A stretch of DNA of 32,000 nt, taken from contig JAPLKZ010000010.1 of assembly GCA_026387835.1 (NCBI GenBank), positions 30,001 to 62,000 on the forward strand, read 5' to 3'. The first letter of the stretch is position 1, and the number at the start of each line of letters is the position of its first letter. Made by a program: the position numbers and the translations under genes. Positions 1 through 8,196 of this stretch are shown piece by piece. The DNA comes from Candidatus Saganbacteria bacterium (lineage in GTDB: Bacteria > Margulisbacteria > WOR-1 > JAKLHX01). The notes beneath the pieces were generated by a model. It searched no databases. It was not told the origin of the DNA and saw only the letters and a program-made list of their open reading frames with translations.

Positions 1-103
1 CACAAAATCCCCCCATCAAAATTTTTTTGAAATTTTACGAGATTTTGCCCTTCCTATTGGATCAAAACCGAGCTGAATATAATGTTACAACACGCATCAA
101 ATC

Positions 104-132
104 TTGTCAAGGTGGCCTTATTGCATTATAAT
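104..132 (+). promoter_or_regulatory. sigma70-type promoter candidate upstream of the kinase gene
   Basis: TTGTCA at 104-109, 17-nt spacer, TATAAT at 127-132, about 30 nt upstream of ATG 162. Confidence 0.45.
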
Positions 133-161
133 GAAAAGACCTTAAAGGATACTTCGTTATT

Positions 162-725
162 ATGGAACTGATCGGTTTGACGGGACTTAATGCCTCCGGA
201 AAAGGCACGATCGCGGACTTTTTGAAGGAAAAGGGTTTCGTTTATTATTCACTTTCGGATATAGTGCGTGAAGAAGCTACGGCCCTCGGCATGGATCATT
301 CCAGGGAAAGTCTGATTTTTGCGGGCAATAAACTGAGAAAAGACTTCGGGCCTTCCGTACTTGCAAAAAAGATCGCGGAAAAGCTCCGGCAGGCAAATAC
401 TTCAAAGGCCGTGATCGACAGTATCAGGAACCTTGCCGAGATCGCGGAACTAAGAAAACTGCCGGGTTTTGTCCTTATCGCCGCTGACGCGCCGCCGGAA
501 GTCCGTTTTGAACGGGCAAGATCGCGAGGCCGCATTGGGTTTGAGAGGACGCTCGAGGATTTTATCGCCGTGGAACAAAAGGAAAATACATCGGATCCTG
601 ACAGGCAGCAGCTTGCGGCCTGCCTGAAAGCCGCGGATATCACTGTCAGTAATGAGGGGACCGTAGAGGAATTGAAGATTAAGTTGGGAAAATTACTAAT
701 GACTAATTATGGAATAATATTATAA
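162..725 (+). CDS. P-loop nucleotide kinase, dephospho-CoA kinase-like / UPF0200-type
   Basis: 187-aa ORF. N-terminal Walker A IGLTGLNASGKGT. Colinear by memory with small UPF0200/CoaE-like kinases (SLSDIVREEA, IDSIRNLAEIAELRK, PEVRFERARSRGR). Confidence 0.65.
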   Translation: MELIGLTGLNASGKGTIADFLKEKGFVYYSLSDIVREEATALGMDHSRESLIFAGNKLRKDFGPSVLAKKIAEKLRQANTSKAVIDSIRNLAEIAELRKLPGFVLIAADAPPEVRFERARSRGRIGFERTLEDFIAVEQKENTSDPDRQQLAACLKAADITVSNEGTVEELKIKLGKLLMTNYGIIL

Positions 726-766
726 TCCTTCCTTCATTAGACATTAGTCATTAGTAATTAGTCATT
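694..766. repeat. 14-bp perfect inverted repeat plus tandem heptamers at convergent gene ends
   Basis: TACTAATGACTAAT (694-707, inside the kinase 3' end) is the reverse complement of ATTAGTCATTAGTA (743-756). Positions 734-766 read as about 4.5 tandem copies of NCATTAG / TAATTAG. May act as a bidirectional terminator between the kinase (+) and LCP (-) genes. Confidence 0.5.
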
Positions 767-771
767 TCCCC

Positions 772-1635
772 TTATCTCCCGTAAATGACCCTTTCTATCT
801 CTTTTCTCATGCCCTCCTCGTCCGAAAGCATATAATATCCCCTTTCAAGCCTTGCATCGCCGCCCGGGATCACGCCTGTAACAACCGTCCCTGTACGGTA
901 TATCGAAGATATTTTCAGGGCGATCCTTGCAGCCTGTGATATTCCCATGTTCGTTCTCACGTTCGAGGACATCGTATATAATATGTAAGGGAACCTGATG
1001 AGGTTTGAAGGCCTCATCAGCTCTTTTGCCAAAGCCTCAAAAAACTTGTGCTGCCTGTCTATCCTTCCCCAGTCGCTTGTCCTGTCATGCCTGAACCTTA
1101 CATACCCCATCGTTTCGTAACCGGAAAGCCTTTGCCTGCCCTGCGACAGATGAATATGCAGGTCAGCCGCATAGTCGTCATAATATAAAGGTTTTTCGAC
1201 ATCAAGAGTCACACCGCCGATCCTGTCAACAAGGTCCACGAACATGGGGAAGTTCACTTCAATATAATAATATACAGGGATCTTAAGAAAATTAGAGACC
1301 GTGGCGCAAGAAAGCTCCGGGCCTCCGTAAGTGTGAGCGTGGTTTATCTTATCCTGTCCGTGGCCCGGTATATCCACCAACGTATCTCTCGGTATTGAAA
1401 GGATGCCCATCCTGCTGCGCGCGAAGTCGATGTGCACCAGGTTTATCGAGTCTGAACGCGTCTTCAATCCTTCCTTTGTGTCTATGCCCATCACCAGCAC
1501 GTTTATCTGGTCATTCTCTTTTATCAGCCCTCTTTTTATCCCGATAAAAAGACCTGTCGCGATAATAAGCGACATCAGGGATATGAGAACTATTTTTGAC
1601 GGGTTTTGAATGTTCGTCAGCCTTCGACCAGCCAC
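772..1635 (-). CDS. LytR-CpsA-Psr (LCP) family cell-envelope phosphotransferase
   Basis: 287 aa. N-terminal TM helix (IVLISLMSLIIATGLFIGI) followed by the LCP core (VLVMGIDT...RSDSINLVHID...ILSIPRDT...KINHAHTYGG...YYIEVNF..F..LVD.IGGV). Confidence 0.85.
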   Translation of the reverse strand: MAGRRLTNIQNPSKIVLISLMSLIIATGLFIGIKRGLIKENDQINVLVMGIDTKEGLKTRSDSINLVHIDFARSRMGILSIPRDTLVDIPGHGQDKINHAHTYGGPELSCATVSNFLKIPVYYYIEVNFPMFVDLVDRIGGVTLDVEKPLYYDDYAADLHIHLSQGRQRLSGYETMGYVRFRHDRTSDWGRIDRQHKFFEALAKELMRPSNLIRFPYILYTMSSNVRTNMGISQAARIALKISSIYRTGTVVTGVIPGGDARLERGYYMLSDEEGMRKEIERVIYGR

Positions 1636-2159
1636 TTTTCCTCTTTATGGAACCACTGCGCCGGATCGTTCAGATACAGATACGTATCCTGAAGGATGTC
1701 GAAATGGGAATTTTCCTCTTTTGAAAGAAAAGCAAAAAGGCTTTTCGCGGCCGGATCTTCCGTATCCTCCGCCACTTTCTTGTAAAAATCAAACCCTTTC
1801 TTTTCCAGTTCCATGGATATCTCGTAAGCGTGCAGGAGCTCATTCTCCGTCGGGGCCTTATTATCAAGAGAGGTTTTGATATCGTTCAGGATCTCCGTCT
1901 TTATCTTTTCGCTGTCTTTTGTAGTGTTTTCGTCTGCCGGGGAAATTTGAGCGCCGGTCATTTTCGCGTAAAACTCCTCGATTGCTTTTTTGTGGAGCAG
2001 TTCTTTTCCGGCTATCGCCTGCAGCGTGGCCTTGCCCAGCGGATTGCTCGATTTCTTCGCGGCTTCCACGTAGATCGCATAGCCTTCATCCTCCATGTTT
2101 ATGGCGGTCTTTGCGGCATCGGTCAGCTCTTTTGATATGAAACGGATATTTTCCGGCAA
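1617..2159 (-). CDS. ferritin-like / rubrerythrin-family protein
   Basis: 180 aa. Two helical halves with E..E/H-type motifs (INMEDEGYAIYVEAA; ISMELEKKGFDFYKKVA; LSKEENSHFDIL). AAGGAG SD upstream. Overlaps the LCP start by 19 nt. Confidence 0.6.
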   Translation of the reverse strand: MPENIRFISKELTDAAKTAINMEDEGYAIYVEAAKKSSNPLGKATLQAIAGKELLHKKAIEEFYAKMTGAQISPADENTTKDSEKIKTEILNDIKTSLDNKAPTENELLHAYEISMELEKKGFDFYKKVAEDTEDPAAKSLFAFLSKEENSHFDILQDTYLYLNDPAQWFHKEEKWLVEG

Positions 2160-2224
2160 TTTATTCTCCTTATATAAAAGGAACCCTGAGAGGACTGTCG
2201 TTTTATATTTTTTCTGCCATATTA

Positions 2225-2252
2225 ATTATACCTTTATATATTTTATATTCAA
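2225..2252 (-). promoter_or_regulatory. sigma70-type promoter candidate for the ferritin-like/LCP operon
   Basis: On the minus strand: TTGAAT (2252-2247), 16-nt spacer, TATAAT (2230-2225). Followed by an AAGGAG SD and ATG at 2159. Confidence 0.45.
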
Positions 2253-2258
2253 GTATTT

Positions 2259-3482
2259 CTATATCCCCTCTCCCACCGTCCAACCCGTTGACCACGCTGC
2301 CTGAAGGTTGAACCCGCCTGTTTTTCCAACTATATCAAGCACCTCTCCGGCAAAATACAGACCTTTTACGATCTTTGATTCTAAAGTCCTGTTGTCGATC
2401 TCCCTGAGGTCGATGCCGCCGTCGGTCACTATCGATTTGTTCACCATCACATAACTTGAGACCGTAAACTCCATTGCCGTCAGGTTTTTTACCAGGTTTT
2501 TTCTTTCTTCTTTTGATATCTCGTTTGTTTTTTTCTCCGGATCGATACCGGAGATGCCGGCCAATACCGGCGGCAGCGACTCCGGAAGTATCTCTTTTAG
2601 GGCATTGACGATGCTTTTGTTAGGATTACTTCTGAATGTGTCAAGCAACAGCGCGTCATAGCCAGCCTCGTCTTTTTCAGGGAAAAACCCGATCAGTATC
2701 TTCAGCGAACTGAGCTGACTGCTTGACACCTCAAGGCTCGCGTTTATCATCACCGGCCCGGTGAGACCAAAATTCGCGAACATAAGAGGACCTCTTTCTT
2801 TGAAGATGACACCGGAACTGTTCCTGAAGACGATCATTGCATCGGGGATGGAGAGCCCGTTAAGCCGCCTGCAGATATCCGTTTCTTTAACTTCGAAAGG
2901 ATAAAGCGCTTTTTTCGGCGGGACTATCTTATGTCCGAGTTTTTCCGCGATCTTGAAACCGTCTCCCGTAGAACCCGTTTTTTGCTTTGTCTTTCCTCCT
3001 GTCGCGATCAGGACATTCCTGCCTGAATACTCATTATTTTTTGTGATGACGGTCAGGCGCTCCCGCCGTAAGATATCTTTGACCGGTGAACCATAAATGA
3101 TCTCCGTATTATTATTTTTTAATTTTTTCAAAAGGACGTTCAGCACATCTTCGGCTTTGTTGCTTTTTGGAAAAACTCTCTGCTGCGGTTCGGCCTTAAG
3201 AGGCACGCCATTCTTTTCAAAAAATTCCATTACTTCGATATTTGACAGATTGTGAAGCATGCTCAGCATGAACATGGGGTTCTTCATGTAATTTGAAACG
3301 AACAATTGAGGATCTTTTTCCGCGTTAGTGATATTGCATCTGCGGTTCCCGCAGAGAAGTAGTTTTTTTCCCGCGCTGTCGTTTTTTTCCAGGATAACGA
3401 CAGACTTCCCGCGCTCGGATGCCCGTATCGCGGCCATCATCCCGGCAGGCCCCGCACCGATGACGATGAGATCATATATCAT
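2259..3482 (-). CDS. FAD-dependent flavoprotein, HI0933/YhiN (BaiN-like) family
   Basis: 407 aa. N-terminal dinucleotide-binding motif DLIVIGAGPAGMMAA...ILEKN...GKKLL.CGN.RCN.TN and C-terminal GLYFAGEVLDI.G.TGG.NLQ.AWSTG, typical of this family. Confidence 0.85.
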   Translation of the reverse strand: MIYDLIVIGAGPAGMMAAIRASERGKSVVILEKNDSAGKKLLLCGNRRCNITNAEKDPQLFVSNYMKNPMFMLSMLHNLSNIEVMEFFEKNGVPLKAEPQQRVFPKSNKAEDVLNVLLKKLKNNNTEIIYGSPVKDILRRERLTVITKNNEYSGRNVLIATGGKTKQKTGSTGDGFKIAEKLGHKIVPPKKALYPFEVKETDICRRLNGLSIPDAMIVFRNSSGVIFKERGPLMFANFGLTGPVMINASLEVSSSQLSSLKILIGFFPEKDEAGYDALLLDTFRSNPNKSIVNALKEILPESLPPVLAGISGIDPEKKTNEISKEERKNLVKNLTAMEFTVSSYVMVNKSIVTDGGIDLREIDNRTLESKIVKGLYFAGEVLDIVGKTGGFNLQAAWSTGWTVGEGI

Positions 3483-4096
3483 CGGAATTTTCCCAGCATT
3501 CTTTTCAGTAAATTCACCGGGAGCCCTACTACATTATAGTAATCCCCCTCGATCCATTCGACTATCGCCCCGCCTTTGCCCTGGATGCCGAACGCGCCGG
3601 CCTTATCAAGAGGTTCTTTTGTCCTGACGTAATCTTCAATTTCTCTTTTTGAAAGTTTTTTGATCTTCACTTTCGTCAGCTCAAATGTTTTTGTCATTTT
3701 ATTTGAAGGCTTCTCGATGACGGCAAGGCCTGTTATCACATCAAGGATCTTCCCGCTTATAGAACGGAGCATTTTTCTCGCGTTCTCTTTTGTATCCGGC
3801 TTGCCGAGTATTTCTCTTCCGCAGATAACGATAGTATCCGCTCCGATCACAATTCCGGTTTTTATCTTCTTTGAAGCGGAGATAGCTTTCGAGGCCGCGT
3901 GGAATAAAGCAAGTCCTTCCGGCGTCAGGCCTTTCCTGTCTTTTTCCGCGTGAACATGCCCGCAAACACTAAACCTGCTTTTTAGTGCCTTTTTTAACAG
4001 CTCTTTTCTTCTCGGAGAATCCGAAGCAAGATAATATCTTTTCATATCAATATTATGACAGATTCCCGGGGTGGGGATCTTATCAACTTCTTTCAT
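3479..4096 (-). CDS. maf: Maf-like nucleoside triphosphate pyrophosphatase (septum formation protein)
   Basis: 205 aa. LASDSPRRKELL, IGADT.V, KP....A..ML...SG and DKAGAFGIQG motifs. Strong SD (TAAGGAGACCA-ATG) supports the start at 4096. ATGA overlap with the downstream flavoprotein gene. Confidence 0.85.
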   Translation of the reverse strand: MKEVDKIPTPGICHNIDMKRYYLASDSPRRKELLKKALKSRFSVCGHVHAEKDRKGLTPEGLALFHAASKAISASKKIKTGIVIGADTIVICGREILGKPDTKENARKMLRSISGKILDVITGLAVIEKPSNKMTKTFELTKVKIKKLSKREIEDYVRTKEPLDKAGAFGIQGKGGAIVEWIEGDYYNVVGLPVNLLKRMLGKFR

Positions 4097-4126
4097 TGGT
4101 CTCCTTAATTGGTTATAATGATATTA

Positions 4127-5713
4127 ATGCCTTCAAACATCCGCAATTTTTCCATCATCGCGCACATAGACCACGGCAAGTCCACCCTTGCCGACAGGCT
4201 GCTTGAATACACGGGGACCGTTGAAAAGCGTTTCATGAAAGAACAGATACTTGACAGCATGGACCTCGAGAGAGAAAGAGGAGTCACGATCAAGGCAAAA
4301 GCCATCCGCATAGACTATAAAGGATATATTTTAAACCTCATCGATACGCCTGGCCATGTCGATTTCGGATATGAAGTGTCCCGCGCGCTCGCCGCGTGCG
4401 AAGGAGCCCTTCTGGTGGTCGACGCGGCGCAGGGCGTCGAAGCCCAGACGATCGCGAACGCGTTCCTCGCGAAAGCAAATGACCTGAAGATCATCCCCGT
4501 AATGAACAAGATCGACCTTCCGAGCGCTGATCCCGCTATGGTGATGCAGGAGCTTAACCATGTCTTCGGCATCGAAGAAAAAGATGTCGTGCTCACGAGC
4601 GCGAAGAGCGGCATCGGCATCGAGGACGTGATAAAAGCGATAATCGATATTGTCCCTCCTCCGAAAGGAAGCGAAGACGCTCCCCTTCAGGCCCTTATTT
4701 TTGATTCTCACTATGACAGCTACAGGGGCGTGGTGATCTACACCAGAGTATTTAACGGCACTGTTAAAGCCGGCGACAGGATACTGATGATGGAAACAGG
4801 AGCGGAATTCGAAGTGCAGGAAGTCGGGATATTCAAGCTGGAATTTGTCGCCAAAGAGACCCTGTCCGCAGGAGAGGTCGGATATATCATCGCCAACATC
4901 AAGAACATAAGGGACGCTCATGTGGGCGACACGATAACCCATCTGAAGACCCCCGCACCGGACGCGCTGCCGGGTTATAAAAAAGCAAAGCCGATGGTCT
5001 TTTGCGGCCTTTTCCCCACTGACGGGGAGGATTACGGCAATCTGAAGGACGCGCTTGAAAAACTCTCGCTGAACGATGCTTCCCTTTTCTACGAGCCGGA
5101 GAATTCCGCCGCTTTGGGTTCCGGATTCAGGTGCGGGTTTTTGGGGATGCTCCATTTTGAGATCGTCCAGGAGCGCCTTGAAAGGGAATACAAGGTCCCG
5201 CTTATCGCCACCGCCCCGAACGTCGTCTACAGGGTGAACCTTAACAGCAAAAAGACCGTCCTGATAGACAGCCCATCAAAGCTGCCCGACATGTCGACGG
5301 TGGATTCGATAGAAGAACCCGTCTACAAGGTGACGATCCTCTGCCCCGACAGGCATGTGGGCAATATCATGACGCTTTCCTCCGACAAAAGAGGGACGTT
5401 CAGGAACATGGAATACCTCGATACGACCCATGTCATGATGACTTATGAATTCCCTCTTGCGGAAATTATAATAGAGTTCTATGATATATTAAAATCCGTC
5501 TCGCAGGGCTATGCTTCGATGGACTACGAGCTGATCGGGTACAAAGAGGCTGACCTTGTAAAACTGGATGTCCTCGTCAACGAGGAACCGGTGGACGCGC
5601 TGTCGGTGATAATCCCGAGACAGAACGCCCAGTACCAGGGAAGGAAGCTCGTCGAAAGACTAAGGGGGGCGATACCGAGGCAGCAGTTCGAGATACCCAT
5701 ACAGGCGCTTTAA
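4127..5713 (+). CDS. lepA: translation elongation factor 4 (LepA), prematurely terminated
   Basis: [20 protein letters not shown] and NKID GTPase motifs. Colinear with LepA through [10 protein letters not shown]. The track ORF starts at TTG 4109, but ATG 4127 ([13 protein letters not shown]) matches the family N-terminus. A stop at 5711-5713 falls about 65 aa before the expected end. Confidence 0.9.
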   Translation: MPSNIRNFSIIAHIDHGKSTLADRLLEYTGTVEKRFMKEQILDSMDLERERGVTIKAKAIRIDYKGYILNLIDTPGHVDFGYEVSRALAACEGALLVVDAAQGVEAQTIANAFLAKANDLKIIPVMNKIDLPSADPAMVMQELNHVFGIEEKDVVLTSAKSGIGIEDVIKAIIDIVPPPKGSEDAPLQALIFDSHYDSYRGVVIYTRVFNGTVKAGDRILMMETGAEFEVQEVGIFKLEFVAKETLSAGEVGYIIANIKNIRDAHVGDTITHLKTPAPDALPGYKKAKPMVFCGLFPTDGEDYGNLKDALEKLSLNDASLFYEPENSAALGSGFRCGFLGMLHFEIVQERLEREYKVPLIATAPNVVYRVNLNSKKTVLIDSPSKLPDMSTVDSIEEPVYKVTILCPDRHVGNIMTLSSDKRGTFRNMEYLDTTHVMMTYEFPLAEIIIEFYDILKSVSQGYASMDYELIGYKEADLVKLDVLVNEEPVDALSVIIPRQNAQYQGRKLVERLRGAIPRQQFEIPIQAL

Positions 5714-5865
5714 GGAAAGATGTGATCGCGAAGTGCTACGGCGGCGACGTCACCAGAAAGCGTAAACTGCTTGAAAAACAGAAAGAGGGAAAGAAGAGGA
5801 TGAAGAGGGTCGGCAAGGTAGATATCCCGCAGGAAGCTTTCCTTGCCGTTCTCAAAATAAAATGA
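5707..5865 (+). pseudogene. lepA: out-of-frame 3' remnant of lepA
   Basis: The frame shifted by -1 reads [52 protein letters not shown], the conserved extreme C-terminus of LepA. About 13 codons (AIGxKIxARxTIK in homologues) plus 1 nt are missing at the junction. Confidence 0.8.
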
Positions 5866-5910
5866 AATTTCGGTAAAATAGCATCGATAAATATATGGGA
5901 GAAACCAGAG

Positions 5911-6219
5911 ATGTCTGAAGTTAACGGAAGCAACAATAATAAAGAAGTCCAGTATATCAGGGACCTGGCCAGGAGAGCTTTCAGGAACGTGACGCGCATC
6001 GAAGATACCTCCATAAAGAACGTAGAGGAAAGATTTGACCGGCCGAAACACGTGATGCCAAAGAACAGTTTTCCCGGTCTCGGCATAGGCGTCACCGTGG
6101 GCATCATCATCTGCATTGCCACCTACCTCACAGGCGTACCGTTCAACAGAGTGGAAGCAATATTTGTCACCGCGCAGTTCGGGCTTCTGGGCGCTTTGAT
6201 GAGCTACATCAATTCATGA
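5911..6219 (+). CDS. small hypothetical membrane protein
   Basis: 102 aa. GGGAG SD 9 nt upstream. Two predicted TM helices (GLGIGVTVGIIICIATYL; AIFVTAQFGLLGALMSY). ATGA overlap with hemW. Confidence 0.5.
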   Translation: MSEVNGSNNNKEVQYIRDLARRAFRNVTRIEDTSIKNVEERFDRPKHVMPKNSFPGLGIGVTVGIIICIATYLTGVPFNRVEAIFVTAQFGLLGALMSYINS

Positions 6220-7334
6220 CCTTTGCGGGTCTTTATGTTCACATCCCCTTCTGCAAAAAGAAATGCGGTTATTGTGATTTCACTTCGTCCCGCGGCACAG
6301 AAAGCCTGATCAAACAATATCTTGATGCCCTTTTAACAGAGATCGAAGCGGGCTTAAAAAAATATCCCGAACTTAAAATATCGACCGTATTTTTTGGCGG
6401 GGGGACCCCTACCCTGCTCAAAACAGAAGACCTGGTATTGATCCTTGACAATATCAAAGGTCATTTCCATGTCGATAAAGACGCCGAAATATCCGTAGAA
6501 GCCAATCCCGGAACAGTCGATCTCGAAAAACTTTTGGCGCTCAGAAAAGCCGGGTTCAACAGATTAAGCATCGGCACGCAGTCTTTTGATGATAACGAGC
6601 TGAAGATCCTCGGGAGGATACACTCTGAAAAAGAAATTTATTCGGCATTTGAGAACGCAAGGATAGCCGGATTTTTCAACATAAACATCGATCTCATATC
6701 CGCTATACCCGGACAAACTTTAAGGGCATGGAAAGAAACTCTGAAGAAAGCGACACATCTTGGACCGGAACATATTTCCGCTTATCTCCTTGAGATAGAA
6801 GAGAACACGCCGTTCTATGACAGGTACGCAAAGGACGCGGATGAGGACGGACAGCTGTTGTTCTTCAACGAAACCATTTCGTTCTTAAGATCAAAAGGAT
6901 ACGCCCATTACGAGATATCAAATTTCGCAAAACCGGGATTTGAATGCAGGCATAACATCAACTACTGGAAGAACGGCGATTATTTAGGGTTTGGCCTTTC
7001 AGCCGCGTCTCATATCGAGTTTAACCGGTTTGAGAATACAAAAGAGCTTGAAAAATATCTGAAAGATCCCGTCAACTCTTTTGAAATTTCACCCTTGGAC
7101 AGGACGATAGACGATGACATAAAAGAGACTTTATTTATGGGGCTTAGATTGACCAAAGGGATCGACCTGGGAGAATTTGAACGGAAATATGCCGGAGCAA
7201 ACGATCATTCGAAATATTTACGGCGCATCAATGAGCTTAAAGAAACCGGACAATTAAGGTCATCGGAGAACTTCTTGTTTATCCCTTCGGAAAACCTCCC
7301 CACCTCAAATGAAATATTGAGACAGCTGATATAA
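6216..7334 (+). CDS. hemW: radical SAM heme chaperone HemW (HemN-like, oxygen-independent coproporphyrinogen oxidase family)
   Basis: 372 aa. YVHIPFCKKKCGYCDF radical-SAM CxxxCxxC motif, GGGTPT, and a position after lepA as in many Firmicutes. Confidence 0.9.
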   Translation: MTFAGLYVHIPFCKKKCGYCDFTSSRGTESLIKQYLDALLTEIEAGLKKYPELKISTVFFGGGTPTLLKTEDLVLILDNIKGHFHVDKDAEISVEANPGTVDLEKLLALRKAGFNRLSIGTQSFDDNELKILGRIHSEKEIYSAFENARIAGFFNINIDLISAIPGQTLRAWKETLKKATHLGPEHISAYLLEIEENTPFYDRYAKDADEDGQLLFFNETISFLRSKGYAHYEISNFAKPGFECRHNINYWKNGDYLGFGLSAASHIEFNRFENTKELEKYLKDPVNSFEISPLDRTIDDDIKETLFMGLRLTKGIDLGEFERKYAGANDHSKYLRRINELKETGQLRSSENFLFIPSENLPTSNEILRQLI

Positions 7335-7337
7335 TTC

Positions 7338-7504
7338 CCGACGCTAAACGCGTCGGCTCCTTAATTCCAAACCAACGGAGCCGAACGGCCCGCCTGCATT
7401 CGCATGCGAAGCATTGCGGGCAGGTTTACGTTCGGGTTAAACTAGATGCAGGTCCCGACTCATAACCCTTCGGCTTCGCTCAGGGCAGGATGAGAGCTGC
7501 CCTG
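7338..7504. repeat. cluster of GC-rich palindromes (REP-like intergenic elements)
   Basis: Hairpins CCGACGC-N5-GCGTCGG (7338-7356) and CGGCTCC-N16-GGAGCCG (7354-7383). A 12-bp perfect palindrome TTCGCATGCGAA (7399-7410). CAGGGCA-N10-TGCCCTG (7481-7504). Confidence 0.5.
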
Positions 7505-7587
7505 TAAGCCCCTGCCCCTCTCTGTAGGCTGAATTTACATTGATTTTGTTCCTATAATATGATAAATTTGAACGCGGAGGTGGATAA

Positions 7588-7794
7588 ATGAATATCCGGG
7601 CAGAATACCTTGTTGATGAAAAAGGAGAAAAGAAATCGGTGGTTTTATCTGTCAGAAACTACATGCGGCTTATAGAATATATGGAAGACCTGGAAGATTC
7701 GGCAGATTTAAAAAGAGCAAAAGGATCCGCAAGGGGGTTTATTGACTTTGATACCCTTATAAAAAAGTTAAAAAGCAAAGGGCGCATTCGTTAA
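7588..7794 (+). CDS. putative type II antitoxin, partner of the RelE/ParE toxin
   Basis: 68 aa. GGAGGTG SD. Acidic C-terminal half (MEDLEDSADLKRA). The stop overlaps the toxin ATG (TAATG). Confidence 0.65.
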   Translation: MNIRAEYLVDEKGEKKSVVLSVRNYMRLIEYMEDLEDSADLKRAKGSARGFIDFDTLIKKLKSKGRIR

Positions 7795-8045
7795 TGTATG
7801 GGGTTGTTGTTGAACGCAAAGCTGCTAAGGAAATTGAGTCCCTTCCCGCCGAAGCAATTCAACGCATCACAGATGCAATCGAAAGTTTAAAAGCGAATCC
7901 GCGTCCGCGCGGTGTCAAGAAATTATCAGGGGAAGATGGCTGGCGTATAAGGATCGGAGACTATCGCATTTTGTATACAATAGATGACGGTCAAAGACTT
8001 GTTGCGGTTTATCGAGTAAAGCACCGTCGAGAAGTTTATCGATAA
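7794..8045 (+). CDS. relE: type II toxin, RelE/StbE (ParE superfamily) mRNA interferase
   Basis: 83 aa. Typical pattern ...LKANPRP.G.KKL....GWRIRIGDYRILYTIDD....V.VYRVKHRREVYR. Confidence 0.85.
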   Translation: MYGVVVERKAAKEIESLPAEAIQRITDAIESLKANPRPRGVKKLSGEDGWRIRIGDYRILYTIDDGQRLVAVYRVKHRREVYR

Positions 8046-8140
8046 CTCGCCGGAGACTTACCTCACTTTCGGGCAGTATCAATAGAATCCCGTGAATTTC
8101 TTTATGGCGTTTTGAGAGAAAATCCGAACAAGGAATATTA

Positions 8141-8169
8141 TTGACAACTTAGTTGCCAATTGCTATAAT
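8141..8169 (+). promoter_or_regulatory. consensus sigma70 promoter of the hrcA-grpE-dnaK operon
   Basis: TTGACA (8141-8146), exactly 17 nt, TATAAT (8164-8169). Confidence 0.8.
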
Positions 8170-8195
8170 TAGCACTTGAAGGGGTCGAGTGCTAA
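8169..8195 (+). promoter_or_regulatory. CIRCE operator (HrcA binding site)
   Basis: TTAGCACTT-N9-GAGTGCTAA matches the CIRCE consensus TTAGCACTC-N9-GAGTGCTAA. It abuts the -10 box and ends 1 nt before the hrcA ATG. Confidence 0.9.
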
Positions 8196-8196
8196 T

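Noticed and set aside
4331-5155. 274-aa ORF antisense to lepA, with similar long antisense ORFs at 8149-9021, 9041-9673, 10133-10882, 13349-13846, 22657-23553, 27745-28623 and 30965-31429
   Set aside because: Each lies fully inside a confidently identified gene on the other strand. Their translations are low-complexity (R/G/S/P/F-rich) with no motifs, so they look like shadow ORFs.
7335-7540. Possible tRNA or small structured RNA gene in the GC-rich hemW-antitoxin spacer (contains GTTCGGGTTAA, vaguely T-loop-like)
   Set aside because: I could not fold a cloverleaf. There is no acceptor/anticodon arrangement and no GTTCGAATC-type T-loop with a matching stem. The hairpins overlap as mutually exclusive alternatives, which is more typical of REP-like repeats.
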